DNA of 64,000 nucleotides from Bacteroidota bacterium (GTDB lineage Bacteria > Bacteroidota > Ignavibacteria > Kapaibacteriales > NICIL-2): positions 563-64,562 of the forward strand of contig JAIBAE010000017.1 of the NCBI GenBank assembly GCA_019695345.1, written 5' to 3'. Positions 1 through 10,397 of the stretch are shown piece by piece. The notes beneath the pieces are model-generated. The model was not told where the DNA came from. It searched no databases and was given only the letters and a program-made list of their open reading frames with translations. The stretch's first letter is position 1; the number at the start of each line of letters is the position of its first letter. A program made the position numbers and the translations under genes.

Positions 1-326
1 TAACAGGTGCGCTTGGCACTATTCTATGTTCGCGCTCTTCAAAAAATTTCAAAAACGACTGACGTATCTCGCGTGATGTCATAACGTACTAAAAGTAATA
101 TCGTAAATCATTGGACGGCAAAAATACGGTTTTGCCCGTTTAGAACAGCAATTGAGTTGTTTAGTGTAGATTTTGATTTTTGTGTAGCCCAAATTAAGCA
201 GCTATAAAACCATGTCGATTGATACTAAATGGGACTATTCGTTACAAATTTGTTCTAAGAAAAGTATTTTTTTACATGCCTTCATATAAACACATTAAAT
301 AGACAGCTTTGTTCTACATTTAAAAT

Positions 327-2390
327 CTAATGTAAAATCACAAATCTTACCATATAACAATTATCATTGGTTAAGAGTGATATTGAGTACACTCCATTAC
401 TCAGATCAGTAGTTTCAAGTTCAAATCTGTCACCAATATCTTTTTTTATGAAATTTTTTATAAGATTTCCATGTATATCCCAAACATAGATGTAGCAAGT
501 ATTATTGATAGGGTAATTTACCTTTATATTACAAATCTTATCTGACGGCAGAGGATAAACTTCAAGAACATCATTAGAAAAATCTAGCCCTGTTAATGCT
601 TCTGAATCATTCTTAAGACCTGTAATAGTTGATTTATCATTTACCACTACAAGGTTATAACAAGATGTAGCGGTTGTAGAGCCGACAACTTTTACAGTAT
701 CATTTGACTTACGAATTTTAGGAGTATAATAACTAATTTCTACGGTACCAGTATCAAGAGGTAAGATTTCAAAAATTCGAGCAAGATTAATCACAACACC
801 TGACTTTTGCATATACATATCCCTTGCTAAATTAAATACATTATTACTATTAATTTTACAAGTTTGATTGGTACTATTTTGTAATAGTACTTTGACGGTA
901 TGCTTTACAGTATCAACCGATATGAAAGAACTATCGTGAATCACTGAGAGTATTTTCCAAGGTTCGTTTTCTTTTTCAATGATAAATTCCTGAGATATTT
1001 TGCATCCGGTAGCTGTATCAAGCATCTCCAACAAATAAGAATTTCCGGGCCGGATTTTTATAGTGGATATTGTGTCTCCTGTTGACCATTTTAATAACCT
1101 GAAACCACTATATTCGCTTGGTTTAGAGAGGTTTACTATATTATTTATACACTGTCTGGGCAGATATTTTCTATCAAACATATACGAACAAGAACCAAAA
1201 ATCTCTACTGTATTTGTATAACCATATCCACTACCGGGTCCACTGGAATCGGAAGGAACAACTTTGCATCCTGCAATTACCACTGCTACGTTTCTGAATG
1301 TTTCAACTACAGGAATAGTTGTACATATTACTTTATGAAACGAATGTGAATCGTTCATATGTGCAACAGGTTTTAGGTTATGTGTTTGAATATTAAATAA
1401 TGCTGCATTAGATACAGACCAACATGTTCCCTTATAAACTGGGTCTTGAATCATTCCACCTGCAATCAATACTTGATTTGTATCCAACTGCGCAAGACCA
1501 TGATTTACAGGAGCAATATATGGTAAGCCATCAGAAACAAAATTTCCATTACGTTCTATTGAAAACATTTTGGTGTGTAGTAGTGGCATAGTAGAATGTG
1601 CACCTCCAGTAACTAAAATTCTTCCATCGTACAAAGTAATTGACTTGGCACCGGGAACACCTTTATACAAAGAATCTACAACACTCCAAGTATCCTTAAA
1701 CACATCGTACTCTAATACTTTTGTTAACGTATCTGAATCTCTGTTTAGAAAACGCCACGCCTTGGTAGTTATGCCACCATAAACTACCACCTTTCCACTT
1801 TGCATAACAAGAGCTTGCGCATTCATAAGTGGGTATGGGAGTGGTGCAACCAATTTACTCTCCCCTGTTGCTGTGTTGAAAATTTCAACAGACGGTATTG
1901 GAGTGTTATGCCTATCTCCGCCACCTACAATCAGTATTTGGTTATGAGAAATAAAACAGGCACAATGTCCACGTCGGGCAATTTGTAAAGTACCAACGTC
2001 CTTCCATATGTTTTGCTTTACATCATATTTTTCTACATAAGGTGTGTTAAGGTCATAGTTACTGTTTGCGGGTAAAGCATTCACACCACTAATAGCATAG
2101 ACATATCCATCGTTTGAGTATAACAACGGAAACTCTGCTCTGTTATTTTTCATTGAATTGGTAGTATAAATGTGCGGAGCAACAACATCAATAATTTCGC
2201 ACGTACTTAGTGTTCCAGTGTCAGAATCACACAAACCACCGGCAACTAAGATCTTACCGTTTTTCAAATCGACCGCACCAAACGATGCACGGGCATTTTT
2301 TAGTTTACCAAGTATTTTCCATGAATCCTGAGCATGACAGAGGGAAAAATATATAACAGAAGTAATAACAATAAATGTAATTTTAAGCAT
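327..2390 (-). CDS. Secreted Kelch-type beta-propeller repeat protein with T9SS C-terminal sorting domain
   Basis: N-terminal signal peptide (MLKITFIVITSVIYFSLCHAQ). Repeated GG-containing blade motifs (VAGG, IVGGG, VYGG, VTGG, IAGG) typical of Kelch propellers. C-terminal roughly 80 aa resembles a Por_Secre_tail (NGVYSISLLTNDNCYMVRFVILH). Confidence 0.55.
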   Translation of the reverse strand: MLKITFIVITSVIYFSLCHAQDSWKILGKLKNARASFGAVDLKNGKILVAGGLCDSDTGTLSTCEIIDVVAPHIYTTNSMKNNRAEFPLLYSNDGYVYAISGVNALPANSNYDLNTPYVEKYDVKQNIWKDVGTLQIARRGHCACFISHNQILIVGGGDRHNTPIPSVEIFNTATGESKLVAPLPYPLMNAQALVMQSGKVVVYGGITTKAWRFLNRDSDTLTKVLEYDVFKDTWSVVDSLYKGVPGAKSITLYDGRILVTGGAHSTMPLLHTKMFSIERNGNFVSDGLPYIAPVNHGLAQLDTNQVLIAGGMIQDPVYKGTCWSVSNAALFNIQTHNLKPVAHMNDSHSFHKVICTTIPVVETFRNVAVVIAGCKVVPSDSSGPGSGYGYTNTVEIFGSCSYMFDRKYLPRQCINNIVNLSKPSEYSGFRLLKWSTGDTISTIKIRPGNSYLLEMLDTATGCKISQEFIIEKENEPWKILSVIHDSSFISVDTVKHTVKVLLQNSTNQTCKINSNNVFNLARDMYMQKSGVVINLARIFEILPLDTGTVEISYYTPKIRKSNDTVKVVGSTTATSCYNLVVVNDKSTITGLKNDSEALTGLDFSNDVLEVYPLPSDKICNIKVNYPINNTCYIYVWDIHGNLIKNFIKKDIGDRFELETTDLSNGVYSISLLTNDNCYMVRFVILH

Positions 2391-2574
2391 AATGTAAATG
2401 TTATTTATAAGGCAATTTCTTTACAATAAAATATATTCCAGATTACGACTATTTTTGATTGATTACTTTAGTACTTTCGTGGGTATAATCTAAACTTTTT
2501 ATCATTGATAAAAAACAGTATTACTTACTGTGCAAATATTGCATTGTAAAATAAATAAAAATATATACTTATCA

Positions 2575-2652
2575 ACACCCTCTCGCGATGTTGTAACACT
2601 TTTTCCCGACCGGGTTGCGGCGCAGTATGGCTCGCTTCGGCAGAGGTGGGAA
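2575..2652 (+). repeat. Family-1 intergenic repeat, copy A (3' half only)
   Basis: cccgaccgggttgcggcgcagtatggctcgcttcggcagaggtggg matches the 3' halves of copies B to E. Confidence 0.7.
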
Positions 2653-2666
2653 ACATGATTTGTATT

Positions 2667-3899
2667 TTACCCAAGTAGAGTTTTTTGTTTACGTAATGTT
2701 ATAACGGTAATCTCCGGCGGAATACCCACACGCACCGGAATTCCAACGGTTCCAAGCCCACGGTTAACATATAAATGTTGGTGCGCATCGGAATACAAAC
2801 CCGCCCATTGCTTGTACACAAACTGCGCCGGACTGACCTGTTTGCCAAAGAAATCCATTGCAAACTGCCCGCCGTGCGTGTGTCCGCTTAACATCAAATC
2901 TATTTGTGTTTTACCACGAATTTCCTTATCCCAAAATGTTGGGTCATGCGCCATAAGTATTGTTGGGTAATCTGGGATTGTTCCAATAAGCGCTGTAGGT
3001 AAATCGGCAAAGTTTTGTCCAAGCCCTGTGTTGTCGGTACCTATTAATTGCAGTACTTCGTTATCTATGGTAAACTGATGATTTTCATTTACCAAAAGTT
3101 TGATGCCACTATTTGTTACTATAGATTTGATTCTATCGTGGTCGGACTTTGAGGTGTAATGGTCGTGGTTGCCAAGCGAAGCCCACACACCCAAATCTGC
3201 TTTTAGTTTCTCCAGCTCTGGGCGAATAATTGCAAGTTCGTTCGATTGAAAGTTTACAAAGTCACCTGTTATCAACAGTAAGTCCGGTTTATGCGTTTCG
3301 ATTATTCTTCGTGCTTCCTGAAACGGGCGGTAATCGCGGAATGAACCTGAGTGAATATCAGATATTTGAATAATCTTAAAGCCATCGAATGCACTAGTGA
3401 GTTTTGGAAGTTCAAGATCATGGTAATACACTTCGATATTATCAACATTGGTCATTCCCCTTCCAATAATAAAGAACGGAACGGTGGCAATACTCCATGC
3501 TGTTGACTGAATTATTTTTCTGCGGGATTGGTTTGTTGTTTCAGGTTCATGTTGTGTTTTCTTTTTCACCAGTTTACGAACACCCAAATACAAAGCGTAT
3601 ACAATATCTTTACACACTAGGAATATAGCAATAGGAAGTTTTGGGATATACCACAATATGGTAACTATAAACAACGCATAAAGCCAATCATCCAAACGGG
3701 CTGTATTGCTGCGTTGGAATGAAACATATGGCGAGAGAAATAATAAGGTAATACTAATAATCCACGGCACACGCGAAACCCATTTGTTCCAACGCATGTT
3801 CTTAACAAACCTCTGCCACGATAACAAACAATAAACATCTATCAGAAACAGAATTACGGAAGAAGTTATAACAAACTTTAATAATTGATGAGAATCCAA
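2667..3899 (-). CDS. Membrane-anchored calcineurin-like metallophosphoesterase
   Basis: Several N-terminal transmembrane helices, then phosphoesterase motifs GDFVN, GNHDHY and GHTHGGQ. Confidence 0.65.
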   Translation of the reverse strand: MDSHQLLKFVITSSVILFLIDVYCLLSWQRFVKNMRWNKWVSRVPWIISITLLFLSPYVSFQRSNTARLDDWLYALFIVTILWYIPKLPIAIFLVCKDIVYALYLGVRKLVKKKTQHEPETTNQSRRKIIQSTAWSIATVPFFIIGRGMTNVDNIEVYYHDLELPKLTSAFDGFKIIQISDIHSGSFRDYRPFQEARRIIETHKPDLLLITGDFVNFQSNELAIIRPELEKLKADLGVWASLGNHDHYTSKSDHDRIKSIVTNSGIKLLVNENHQFTIDNEVLQLIGTDNTGLGQNFADLPTALIGTIPDYPTILMAHDPTFWDKEIRGKTQIDLMLSGHTHGGQFAMDFFGKQVSPAQFVYKQWAGLYSDAHQHLYVNRGLGTVGIPVRVGIPPEITVITLRKQKTLLG

Positions 3900-3969
3900 T
3901 GTATTTCCTATGTATCAACAATTCAAAACCTAAGCCGCCCCCACAGACGAATTACCTACCATTCATGTT

Positions 3970-4842
3970 TTACGTGCGAAGTGTAATAAACAACGCATCG
4001 GCTTCTGCTAAAATAACATCGGGTTGGCTTGCATACGCTATTTGTCCGTGAATGTAATTTTTCCTACCTTCAATTTTTTGCAATTTGGCAGATAAATACA
4101 GCAGCTCACCAATATTGATTGGTTTCCTGTACTTAACATTCAGCTGTGCTGTTGGTGCTTTTATTTGTAATCCGCTAAGCACTTTACCCAACGTTTCATC
4201 AAGCAATAATGCAGTGTAGCCGCCATGCATAATGTTCAGCGAGCCCATTAATCGGTTATCGGGTGTAAACCACGATTCAACACTATGTTCTTCTTTATCA
4301 AACAAAAACGAGAGCATTAATCCGTTTGGATTATCACGTCCGCAACCGGCACAACTGTTTCCAACTCGCGGGCGCATGAGTTGCATGTTTTCCGGAATAT
4401 GTAACGGTGGAATTACCTCCCAAAGCGTTGTGCCTTCTACGTTGTATGTGTACCAGTTTCCCCAGTGTTCTATGTTACGCGAGAGTTCGATAGCGGCATT
4501 TGGTACAATCCTGCCAAACTCACCCAGCGGTGCTTTGTGGTATAACACACCGTTTTCGCCAAAGCGTAAATCTTGCGGATGAAACTCCACCGAGTACGAT
4601 GGTGAATACCACAGTTTACCGTCTTCGTAATACGTAAACACAATTGGAGTATCGGCAACGGCAACGTAATTCCGTTCTCTTCCACAGGGCGAATAATACA
4701 TATAATCTGTACATTCCCCTGTATCATTCACACGGATATTTCTAAAGAAGACATCTAAAAATGTTTCATCTTCTAATATCGCACCTTCGTGAATCAAATT
4801 GCCTTTAGTATCAAGCGTTAAAAAGTAATTGCGTTCATTCAT
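3970..4842 (-). CDS. Hotdog-fold (PaaI-type) thioesterase domain protein with an N-terminal domain of unknown function
   Basis: C-terminal NIMHGGYTALLLDETLGKVL matches the PaaI/hotdog thioesterase signature. SD-like aaggag lies upstream of the ATG at 4842. Confidence 0.5.
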   Translation of the reverse strand: MNERNYFLTLDTKGNLIHEGAILEDETFLDVFFRNIRVNDTGECTDYMYYSPCGRERNYVAVADTPIVFTYYEDGKLWYSPSYSVEFHPQDLRFGENGVLYHKAPLGEFGRIVPNAAIELSRNIEHWGNWYTYNVEGTTLWEVIPPLHIPENMQLMRPRVGNSCAGCGRDNPNGLMLSFLFDKEEHSVESWFTPDNRLMGSLNIMHGGYTALLLDETLGKVLSGLQIKAPTAQLNVKYRKPINIGELLYLSAKLQKIEGRKNYIHGQIAYASQPDVILAEADALFITLRT

Positions 4843-4894
4843 ACAGTTCTCCTTTCTTCAATCACAAAATACATTGAAACCGTAATCTGGTAAT

Positions 4895-4985
4895 GCGTTA
4901 TTTTTGATTGAGATGATTTGTAGCTATCGCATGACGGCACCAAATGTTTTGTAACAAGAAAGCGTTGCCAATGCCGATAAGTACC
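4895..4985 (-). repeat. Family-2 bipartite element (box A + box B), 70 nt upstream of the 3970..4842 gene
   Basis: Minus strand reads cttatcggcattgg ...(spacer)... tttggtgccgtcatgcgatagctacaaatcat. A diverged forward-strand partner copy lies at about 5030-5092 upstream of glmS. Confidence 0.6.
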
Positions 4986-5156
4986 TTACTAATTACATCA
5001 CGGTTATCGTGTTTTTGTAACAGAATGTTCTTTCCCGCAGTACAAGGTTTTGCTTTTAATTAACACTGGGTACGGCTTGGAACAAAAAATCTTCTCAACT
5101 TTTGCCCGTCTGTGGCGAAATACTACTTTGAATTTTACTTAAACTAAGAGGTTACC

Positions 5157-6989
5157 ATGTGCGGAATAGTTGGATACATAGGCAATAAACAAGCAGCCGA
5201 TATTGTTGTTAAGGGCTTGAAACTGTTGGAATACCGTGGGTATGATTCGGCAGGTGTTGCTGTAATTGATGACTCCACTGTTTCCATTAACAAACGTAAA
5301 GGCAAAGTTGAAGACTTGCTGAAAATGGTTGATGTTTCTAAAATTCCGGGCACACTTGCAATGGGTCATACCCGTTGGGCTACACACGGCGCACCCAATG
5401 ATGTAAATGCTCACCCACATACCGATAGCACCGGGAACATTGCCTTAATACATAACGGTATAATTGAGAACTATACAGTAATAAAAACCGAGTTATTGAA
5501 TAAAGGATATACATTTAAATCGGAAACCGACTCGGAAGTATTAGCAGTTTTTATTGGGATGATTTACGAGAAAGTCCACGATGTAGAAATGGCTGTCCGT
5601 TTAGCATTGAACGAAGTTGAAGGTACATTCGGGTTGGTGGTTATCTCCACACATGAACCTGATAAGATTATTGTGGCACGTCGTGGCTCGCCAATTGTTC
5701 TTGGTATTGGCGATGGCGAATACATAGTTGCTTCCGATGCTTCGGCAATAGTTGAATACATGAAACGCGTGATTTACCTGAACGACGATGAAATGGCAAT
5801 TCTAACGCGCGAAGGCTACTCAACTAAAACAATAAAGAACGAAACGGTAAATGCAGAAATTCACGAGCTTGAGTTAAACATTGAGCAAATTCGTAAAGGT
5901 AATTTCGACCATTACATGCTTAAAGAAATCTTTGAGCAACCAAGCACCTTTAAAGATTCTATCCGCGGCAGATTATTAGTTGAAGATGGGAACGTAAAAC
6001 TTGGCGGTGTTGGCGCAGTTGCCGAGAAATTAAAGAATGCACGACGCATTATTATTACTGCATGCGGTACATCATGGCACTCTGCGTTAGTTGGCGAATA
6101 CATGATTGAACACCTTGCACAAATTCCCGTTGAGGTTGAATATGCATCGGAGTTCAGATATCGTAATCCGGTAATCTACCACGATGACGTCGTTATTGGC
6201 ATTTCCCAATCGGGCGAAACAGCTGATACTCTTGCCGCCTTACGCGAGGCAAAACTGAAAGGCGCGACAATACTTGGTTTGGTAAATGTAGTTGGTTCTA
6301 CCATTGCACGCGAAACCGACGCAGGTGTGTACCTTCACGCCGGACCTGAAATAGGCGTGGCATCAACCAAGGCATTTACATCGCAGTTGGCGGTATTATC
6401 GCTGTTGGCCATGTATTTAGGTAGACAGCGAGTTCTATCAATGGCAGATGGCAAAACCCTTGCAACAGAACTTGCCGCATTGCCCGATAAAATCCAATAC
6501 ATCTTAGACCGCGCCGACCAAATAAAACAAATCTCGTTAGCATATACCAATGCAACAAACTTCTTATATCTTGGTCGTGGCTATAACTTCCCTGTTGCCT
6601 TAGAAGGCGCATTAAAGCTGAAAGAAATCTCGTACATCCACGCAGAGGGTTATCCCGCAGCCGAAATGAAACACGGTCCAATTGCACTTATAGATGAAAA
6701 CATGCCCGTTGTTTTTGTTGCCACCAAAGATGAGATTTACGATAAAGTAGTTTCCAACTTAGAGGAAGTTCGTGCACGTGGCGGGCGCGTAATTGCCATT
6801 GCAAGCGAGGGCGATACAAACATTGCACGTCTGGCTGAGCATGTTATTTATATACCAAACACGTTGCCGCAGTTTACGCCTGTGTTAGCGGCAATACCAA
6901 TGCAACTCATGGCGTATTACATTGCTGTTCAACGTGGCTGCGATGTAGATAAACCACGTAATCTTGCTAAGAGTGTTACAGTAGAATAA
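5157..6989 (+). CDS. glmS: Glutamine--fructose-6-phosphate aminotransferase
   Basis: Starts MCGIVGYIG (N-terminal Cys nucleophile, class II amidotransferase). Two SIS domains, 610 aa. SD aagagg upstream. Confidence 0.95.
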   Translation: MCGIVGYIGNKQAADIVVKGLKLLEYRGYDSAGVAVIDDSTVSINKRKGKVEDLLKMVDVSKIPGTLAMGHTRWATHGAPNDVNAHPHTDSTGNIALIHNGIIENYTVIKTELLNKGYTFKSETDSEVLAVFIGMIYEKVHDVEMAVRLALNEVEGTFGLVVISTHEPDKIIVARRGSPIVLGIGDGEYIVASDASAIVEYMKRVIYLNDDEMAILTREGYSTKTIKNETVNAEIHELELNIEQIRKGNFDHYMLKEIFEQPSTFKDSIRGRLLVEDGNVKLGGVGAVAEKLKNARRIIITACGTSWHSALVGEYMIEHLAQIPVEVEYASEFRYRNPVIYHDDVVIGISQSGETADTLAALREAKLKGATILGLVNVVGSTIARETDAGVYLHAGPEIGVASTKAFTSQLAVLSLLAMYLGRQRVLSMADGKTLATELAALPDKIQYILDRADQIKQISLAYTNATNFLYLGRGYNFPVALEGALKLKEISYIHAEGYPAAEMKHGPIALIDENMPVVFVATKDEIYDKVVSNLEEVRARGGRVIAIASEGDTNIARLAEHVIYIPNTLPQFTPVLAAIPMQLMAYYIAVQRGCDVDKPRNLAKSVTVE

Positions 6990-7007
6990 ATAACTTTGGG
7001 TTACCGT

Positions 7008-7168
7008 TCAACAACTTCACAGCGTTCAGCGCGCAAACCCTGTGCGAGCCAAGCGTTGAAATTCAGAACCACTTCTACAATTACATTAAATAAAAAAACA
7101 GCGCCATTGAACCGTTCGTTACCGACCGGGTTGCGGCGCTTGAGAGTTGCTTCGGCAGAAGTGGGAAT
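7008..7168 (+). repeat. Family-1 intergenic repeat, copy B
   Basis: cagcgcgcaaaccctgtgcgagcc ... aaccgttcgttaccgaccgggttgcggcgc ... gcttcggcagaagtggg. Confidence 0.75.
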
Positions 7169-7174
7169 CAACTT

Positions 7175-7666
7175 TTATCTTCCAAACATTTCTGCCTTTT
7201 TATTGCGCATCATGATGAGCTTTTGCAGTACTTCGGGGAATTTGATTTCGAACATCATCAGTTTAGCATATTGCTCTGCATTTAGCAGTGGTTTAAGCAT
7301 GGTAATACGCTCGCGAGCGGCTGATAACCAAACATCATAATATTTGAGAACTATTTCGGTTTTGTTGGTAATATCAGATTGACTGCCTTTGTTCTTAACG
7401 GTTTGATTTAAGTCTTTGATTGCATCATCGAGTGCCTTTTTAGCAGCGTCAATTTTCTTTTGACCGGCGTTGTACTGAACCAAGAATTTATCAGCGACAT
7501 CAGAACTGAGGTCGAGCATATCAAGCAACTTCGCTTTTTTGAGTTGCATTACACGTTCTTTAATTTGCTCGCCACGTGTTTCATCTTGCATCATGTCCTG
7601 TGCAAATGATGAAGTAATCAACATACAGCTAACAAATAGCGTTAATAGTGTATTAACCGGCGTCAT
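7175..7666 (-). CDS. Secreted periplasmic protein, possibly Spy/CpxP-like; third gene of the ECF sigma operon
   Basis: Signal peptide, helical and Lys/Gln-rich, LxxxQ-type motifs. Overlaps the upstream anti-sigma gene by 14 nt. Confidence 0.4.
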   Translation of the reverse strand: MTPVNTLLTLFVSCMLITSSFAQDMMQDETRGEQIKERVMQLKKAKLLDMLDLSSDVADKFLVQYNAGQKKIDAAKKALDDAIKDLNQTVKNKGSQSDITNKTEIVLKYYDVWLSAARERITMLKPLLNAEQYAKLMMFEIKFPEVLQKLIMMRNKKAEMFGR

Positions 7667-8336
7667 CGCTTACCTCCTGAATCATTTTTTCAATGTCATC
7701 TATATCGGCTTTGTTCTGCAATTGAATTCGCTCTGTTTCTATAAAGTCAGGATCAGGTTGGTCGGATGTGCTGCTTATAATACTCTCAGCAAGTAGCTCA
7801 TCGAGATTATCACTCAAATGTGCTGTATATGATAGCACCGAAGTTGCCTCGGCTGTAGGCGCACCAAGCGATGGTTCTGCTATACCATTCTGAACTGTTT
7901 GCATTACACTTGCATCATGCATCAATGCTTGCGAAATATCTTCATCGATACTTGCAACATGATTTGTAGATGCTGTTGTAAAACGAATAACAAGAATGAC
8001 GGCTGTAACACTTAATGCAATTGGAACAACTCTGCCAAATAGAATAGATGAAAAACTGCGCTTTGGTTGTGTAGCAATTTTTTGGTTTACATGAACGGAA
8101 AGATTCCGCGCCTGATAATCAATTGTTGAAGTGATTTTCTGTTTGTCAATCTTTGTAAACACAGCGGAAATACTTTCGACTTCTTGCAGTAATTCGGGAA
8201 ACTGCTGTAATGATTGACGCACAACTTCTGCCTGCTCAGTGGGTAAATTCCCAAGGGCATAATCTGCAAGCAGTTCCTCAAGTTGTTCTCGGTTATAAAG
8301 ATTATTCGTTTGCATAACCAAACTCACGTAAATCAA
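7653..8336 (-). CDS. Anti-sigma factor (single-pass membrane)
   Basis: Immediately downstream of, and overlapping, the ECF sigma gene. Cytoplasmic N-terminal helix, one TM segment (VVPIALSVTAVILVIRF), periplasmic C-terminus. Confidence 0.5.
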   Translation of the reverse strand: MIYVSLVMQTNNLYNREQLEELLADYALGNLPTEQAEVVRQSLQQFPELLQEVESISAVFTKIDKQKITSTIDYQARNLSVHVNQKIATQPKRSFSSILFGRVVPIALSVTAVILVIRFTTASTNHVASIDEDISQALMHDASVMQTVQNGIAEPSLGAPTAEATSVLSYTAHLSDNLDELLAESIISSTSDQPDPDFIETERIQLQNKADIDDIEKMIQEVSDDAG

Positions 8337-8913
8337 ACATATTTGAATTTTTTAGAATCTTAGCCAGTTTTTGGATTGCCTGGAAGTAGTTGGCTTTTAA
8401 CCCACCAATACTTGTTCCAAGTATTTCGGAAATTTCTTCGTACGATAGCTCATCAAAATACCGAAGGCAAAATGTCTCGCGTTGTTTATCGGGTAATGTT
8501 TCAAGGATTTGGTAAAATTTATCCGAAAAATCCTTGTCCATCATCTGGCGTTCCGGGGTTGCAATATCCGATTCAACTTCCATTTCTTCGCCATCTTCGT
8601 TCTTAAACCATGCTAAGAACTTTTTCTTCCTACGCATAGTGGAGCACACGTTTACCGTTATTCTATATAACCATGTTGTTATGGAGCTTTCTCCTTTAAA
8701 ACTTGGTAATGCTTTTAAGGCACGGATAAACACTTCCTGTGCGGCATCATCAGCATCATCGTGGGCATTATTCAGTTGGCGCAGTGCCAACGAATACACA
8801 AAACGCTGATGTTTACGTACAAACTGAGTAGCGGCGATTTCTCTGTTGCCGTTAATATATTCTTCTATCAGAACGGTATCGTCGTACGGTAATGCCAATG
8901 AAAATGTTCCCAT
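8302..8913 (-). CDS. ECF (sigma-70 family) RNA polymerase sigma factor
   Basis: Region 2 (AQEVFIRALKALPSF) and region 4 helix-turn-helix (EEISEILGTSIGGLKANYFQAIQKL). Confidence 0.85.
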   Translation of the reverse strand: MGTFSLALPYDDTVLIEEYINGNREIAATQFVRKHQRFVYSLALRQLNNAHDDADDAAQEVFIRALKALPSFKGESSITTWLYRITVNVCSTMRRKKKFLAWFKNEDGEEMEVESDIATPERQMMDKDFSDKFYQILETLPDKQRETFCLRYFDELSYEEISEILGTSIGGLKANYFQAIQKLAKILKNSNMFDLREFGYANE

Positions 8914-9003
8914 ATATGCCTCACTCTAATTTTTGTTGGTGAGACGGTGACTTATACCCTTGGGTTTAAAGGCAATCTTAATTATTTCCAATAATTACAC
9001 CCC

Positions 9004-9036
9004 AAAATAAAAAAGTCAGGCAAATGCCTGACTTTT
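9004..9036 (-). terminator. Rho-independent terminator after ybjN
   Basis: Perfect hairpin aaaagtcaggc-aaat-gcctgactttt followed by a T-run on the minus strand. Confidence 0.6.
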
Positions 9037-9057
9037 AATCTTTCCATTAGCTCATTC

Positions 9058-9519
9058 TTATTCAATATCAACAATATCGCTAGCACGTTTACCACCAGCC
9101 ATGGCAACGATTTCATCGTCATAATGGTCGGCAATTACTGCGGTAGCGGCAACAGCTGTAATCAGTTCGCTACGGTCCATGGTAGCACCCGTAATAGATT
9201 GTGTAAATACAATTGTGTTATCGAATAGTAATCCAAATCCGCCAAAGTGTAATTCCGCATTTTTTCTTAGCAAAAAGCTCATTAACTCTGGTGTAATTGT
9301 AGCACCTACAACAACATGCGCTGTGCATTCAACAACACAATCAAGTTCCGTAAAACTGCGAACAACAATCATAACACGTGTAGAACCACGGCTAACGGCA
9401 AAAGCACCATTCTCAAATGCAACATAATCCGGAAATGAATCCATCAACAGCTTTTCTACTCTGCCGCGTGTTTCTGTAAGTAAATTTTCGCCGGTAGTAC
9501 CAAATTTCAAATCTTCCAT
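9058..9519 (-). CDS. YbjN-domain protein (putative sensory transduction regulator fold)
   Basis: About 150 aa cytoplasmic protein with a YbjN-like sequence pattern. Directly downstream of pspA. Confidence 0.45.
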   Translation of the reverse strand: MEDLKFGTTGENLLTETRGRVEKLLMDSFPDYVAFENGAFAVSRGSTRVMIVVRSFTELDCVVECTAHVVVGATITPELMSFLLRKNAELHFGGFGLLFDNTIVFTQSITGATMDRSELITAVAATAVIADHYDDEIVAMAGGKRASDIVDIE

Positions 9520-9528
9520 AAAACCTCC

Positions 9529-10206
9529 TTATTCATTAGATGGGGGTAATTGTAAATTAGCTTTCAGTTTCTCTAACGCTGCATCTACACTTGCGCTTGA
9601 ACCAAGTTGTTTAAACTCTTGTTCAAGAGAAGTGTTTTCGCCTGCTAATTGTTCAAATGCAGATGCTTCAGCTTCAACTTTTTCGATTTTACCCTCGAAC
9701 TTATCAAATTTACTGAATGCATCAGAGCCAACTCCACTAAACGACTGCGCTATTTCTTTTTGCGCTTTTGCCGCCTGCGAGCGAGCTATCAATGTGCTTT
9801 GGCGCGAGCGAGCTTCTTCCAGCTTATTCTTAATTTGGTCTAACTGACCGCGAAGTTTATCCGAAGTTGCTTTAGCTTGAGCATAAATTGGTTCTAAATC
9901 GGCAGCATTCCTGTCCGAAACAATTTTCTTTTCTAAAGCGGCTTTGGCCAAATCTTCTCTTCCTGCCTGAAGAGCTTGTGTTGCCTTTGCCTGCCAATCG
10001 GCACTCTGATCTTTTGCCTTAGCAAGTTTGCGCTCAAGCGACTTTTCATTTGCTATAGCATTAGCTACTGCAAGAGTGTTGCGGTTAACCGCTTCTTCCA
10101 TTTCCAAGACCATCTGTTTCAACATTTTTTCAGGGTCTTCGGCTTGGTCTAACGCATCGTTAACGTTAGCCTTAAAGATGTCGGATATTCTAGAGAATAT
10201 TCCCAT
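9529..10206 (-). CDS. pspA: PspA/IM30 family (phage-shock protein A)
   Basis: N-terminus MGIFSRISDIFKANVNDALDQAEDPEKMLKQ is the canonical PspA/Vipp1 start. Long coiled-coil. Confidence 0.85.
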   Translation of the reverse strand: MGIFSRISDIFKANVNDALDQAEDPEKMLKQMVLEMEEAVNRNTLAVANAIANEKSLERKLAKAKDQSADWQAKATQALQAGREDLAKAALEKKIVSDRNAADLEPIYAQAKATSDKLRGQLDQIKNKLEEARSRQSTLIARSQAAKAQKEIAQSFSGVGSDAFSKFDKFEGKIEKVEAEASAFEQLAGENTSLEQEFKQLGSSASVDAALEKLKANLQLPPSNE

Positions 10207-10397
10207 CGTTGTACCTCATATATAATTGTGAGTGAAATACGCGGATGATAACGCCGCTTGAGAATCTTTGTTGCAAAAATCGTAAAAAATATTTCCCTGA
10301 AGTAGAAAAGTATTCTTCCTGTTTACCTGCTCCGGGCTACGTTTTCCAAACAACGTCCGGTTTGCATAGACAGAACCTCACCGATTTACAACCATTT

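Noticed and set aside
6996-7340. Small ORFs encoding PTGLRR...A.A peptides at 6996..7340, 40800..41057 and 43652..43903
   Set aside because: They lie entirely within family-1 repeat copies. Their amino-acid similarity is a by-product of nucleotide conservation, and no RBS is present.
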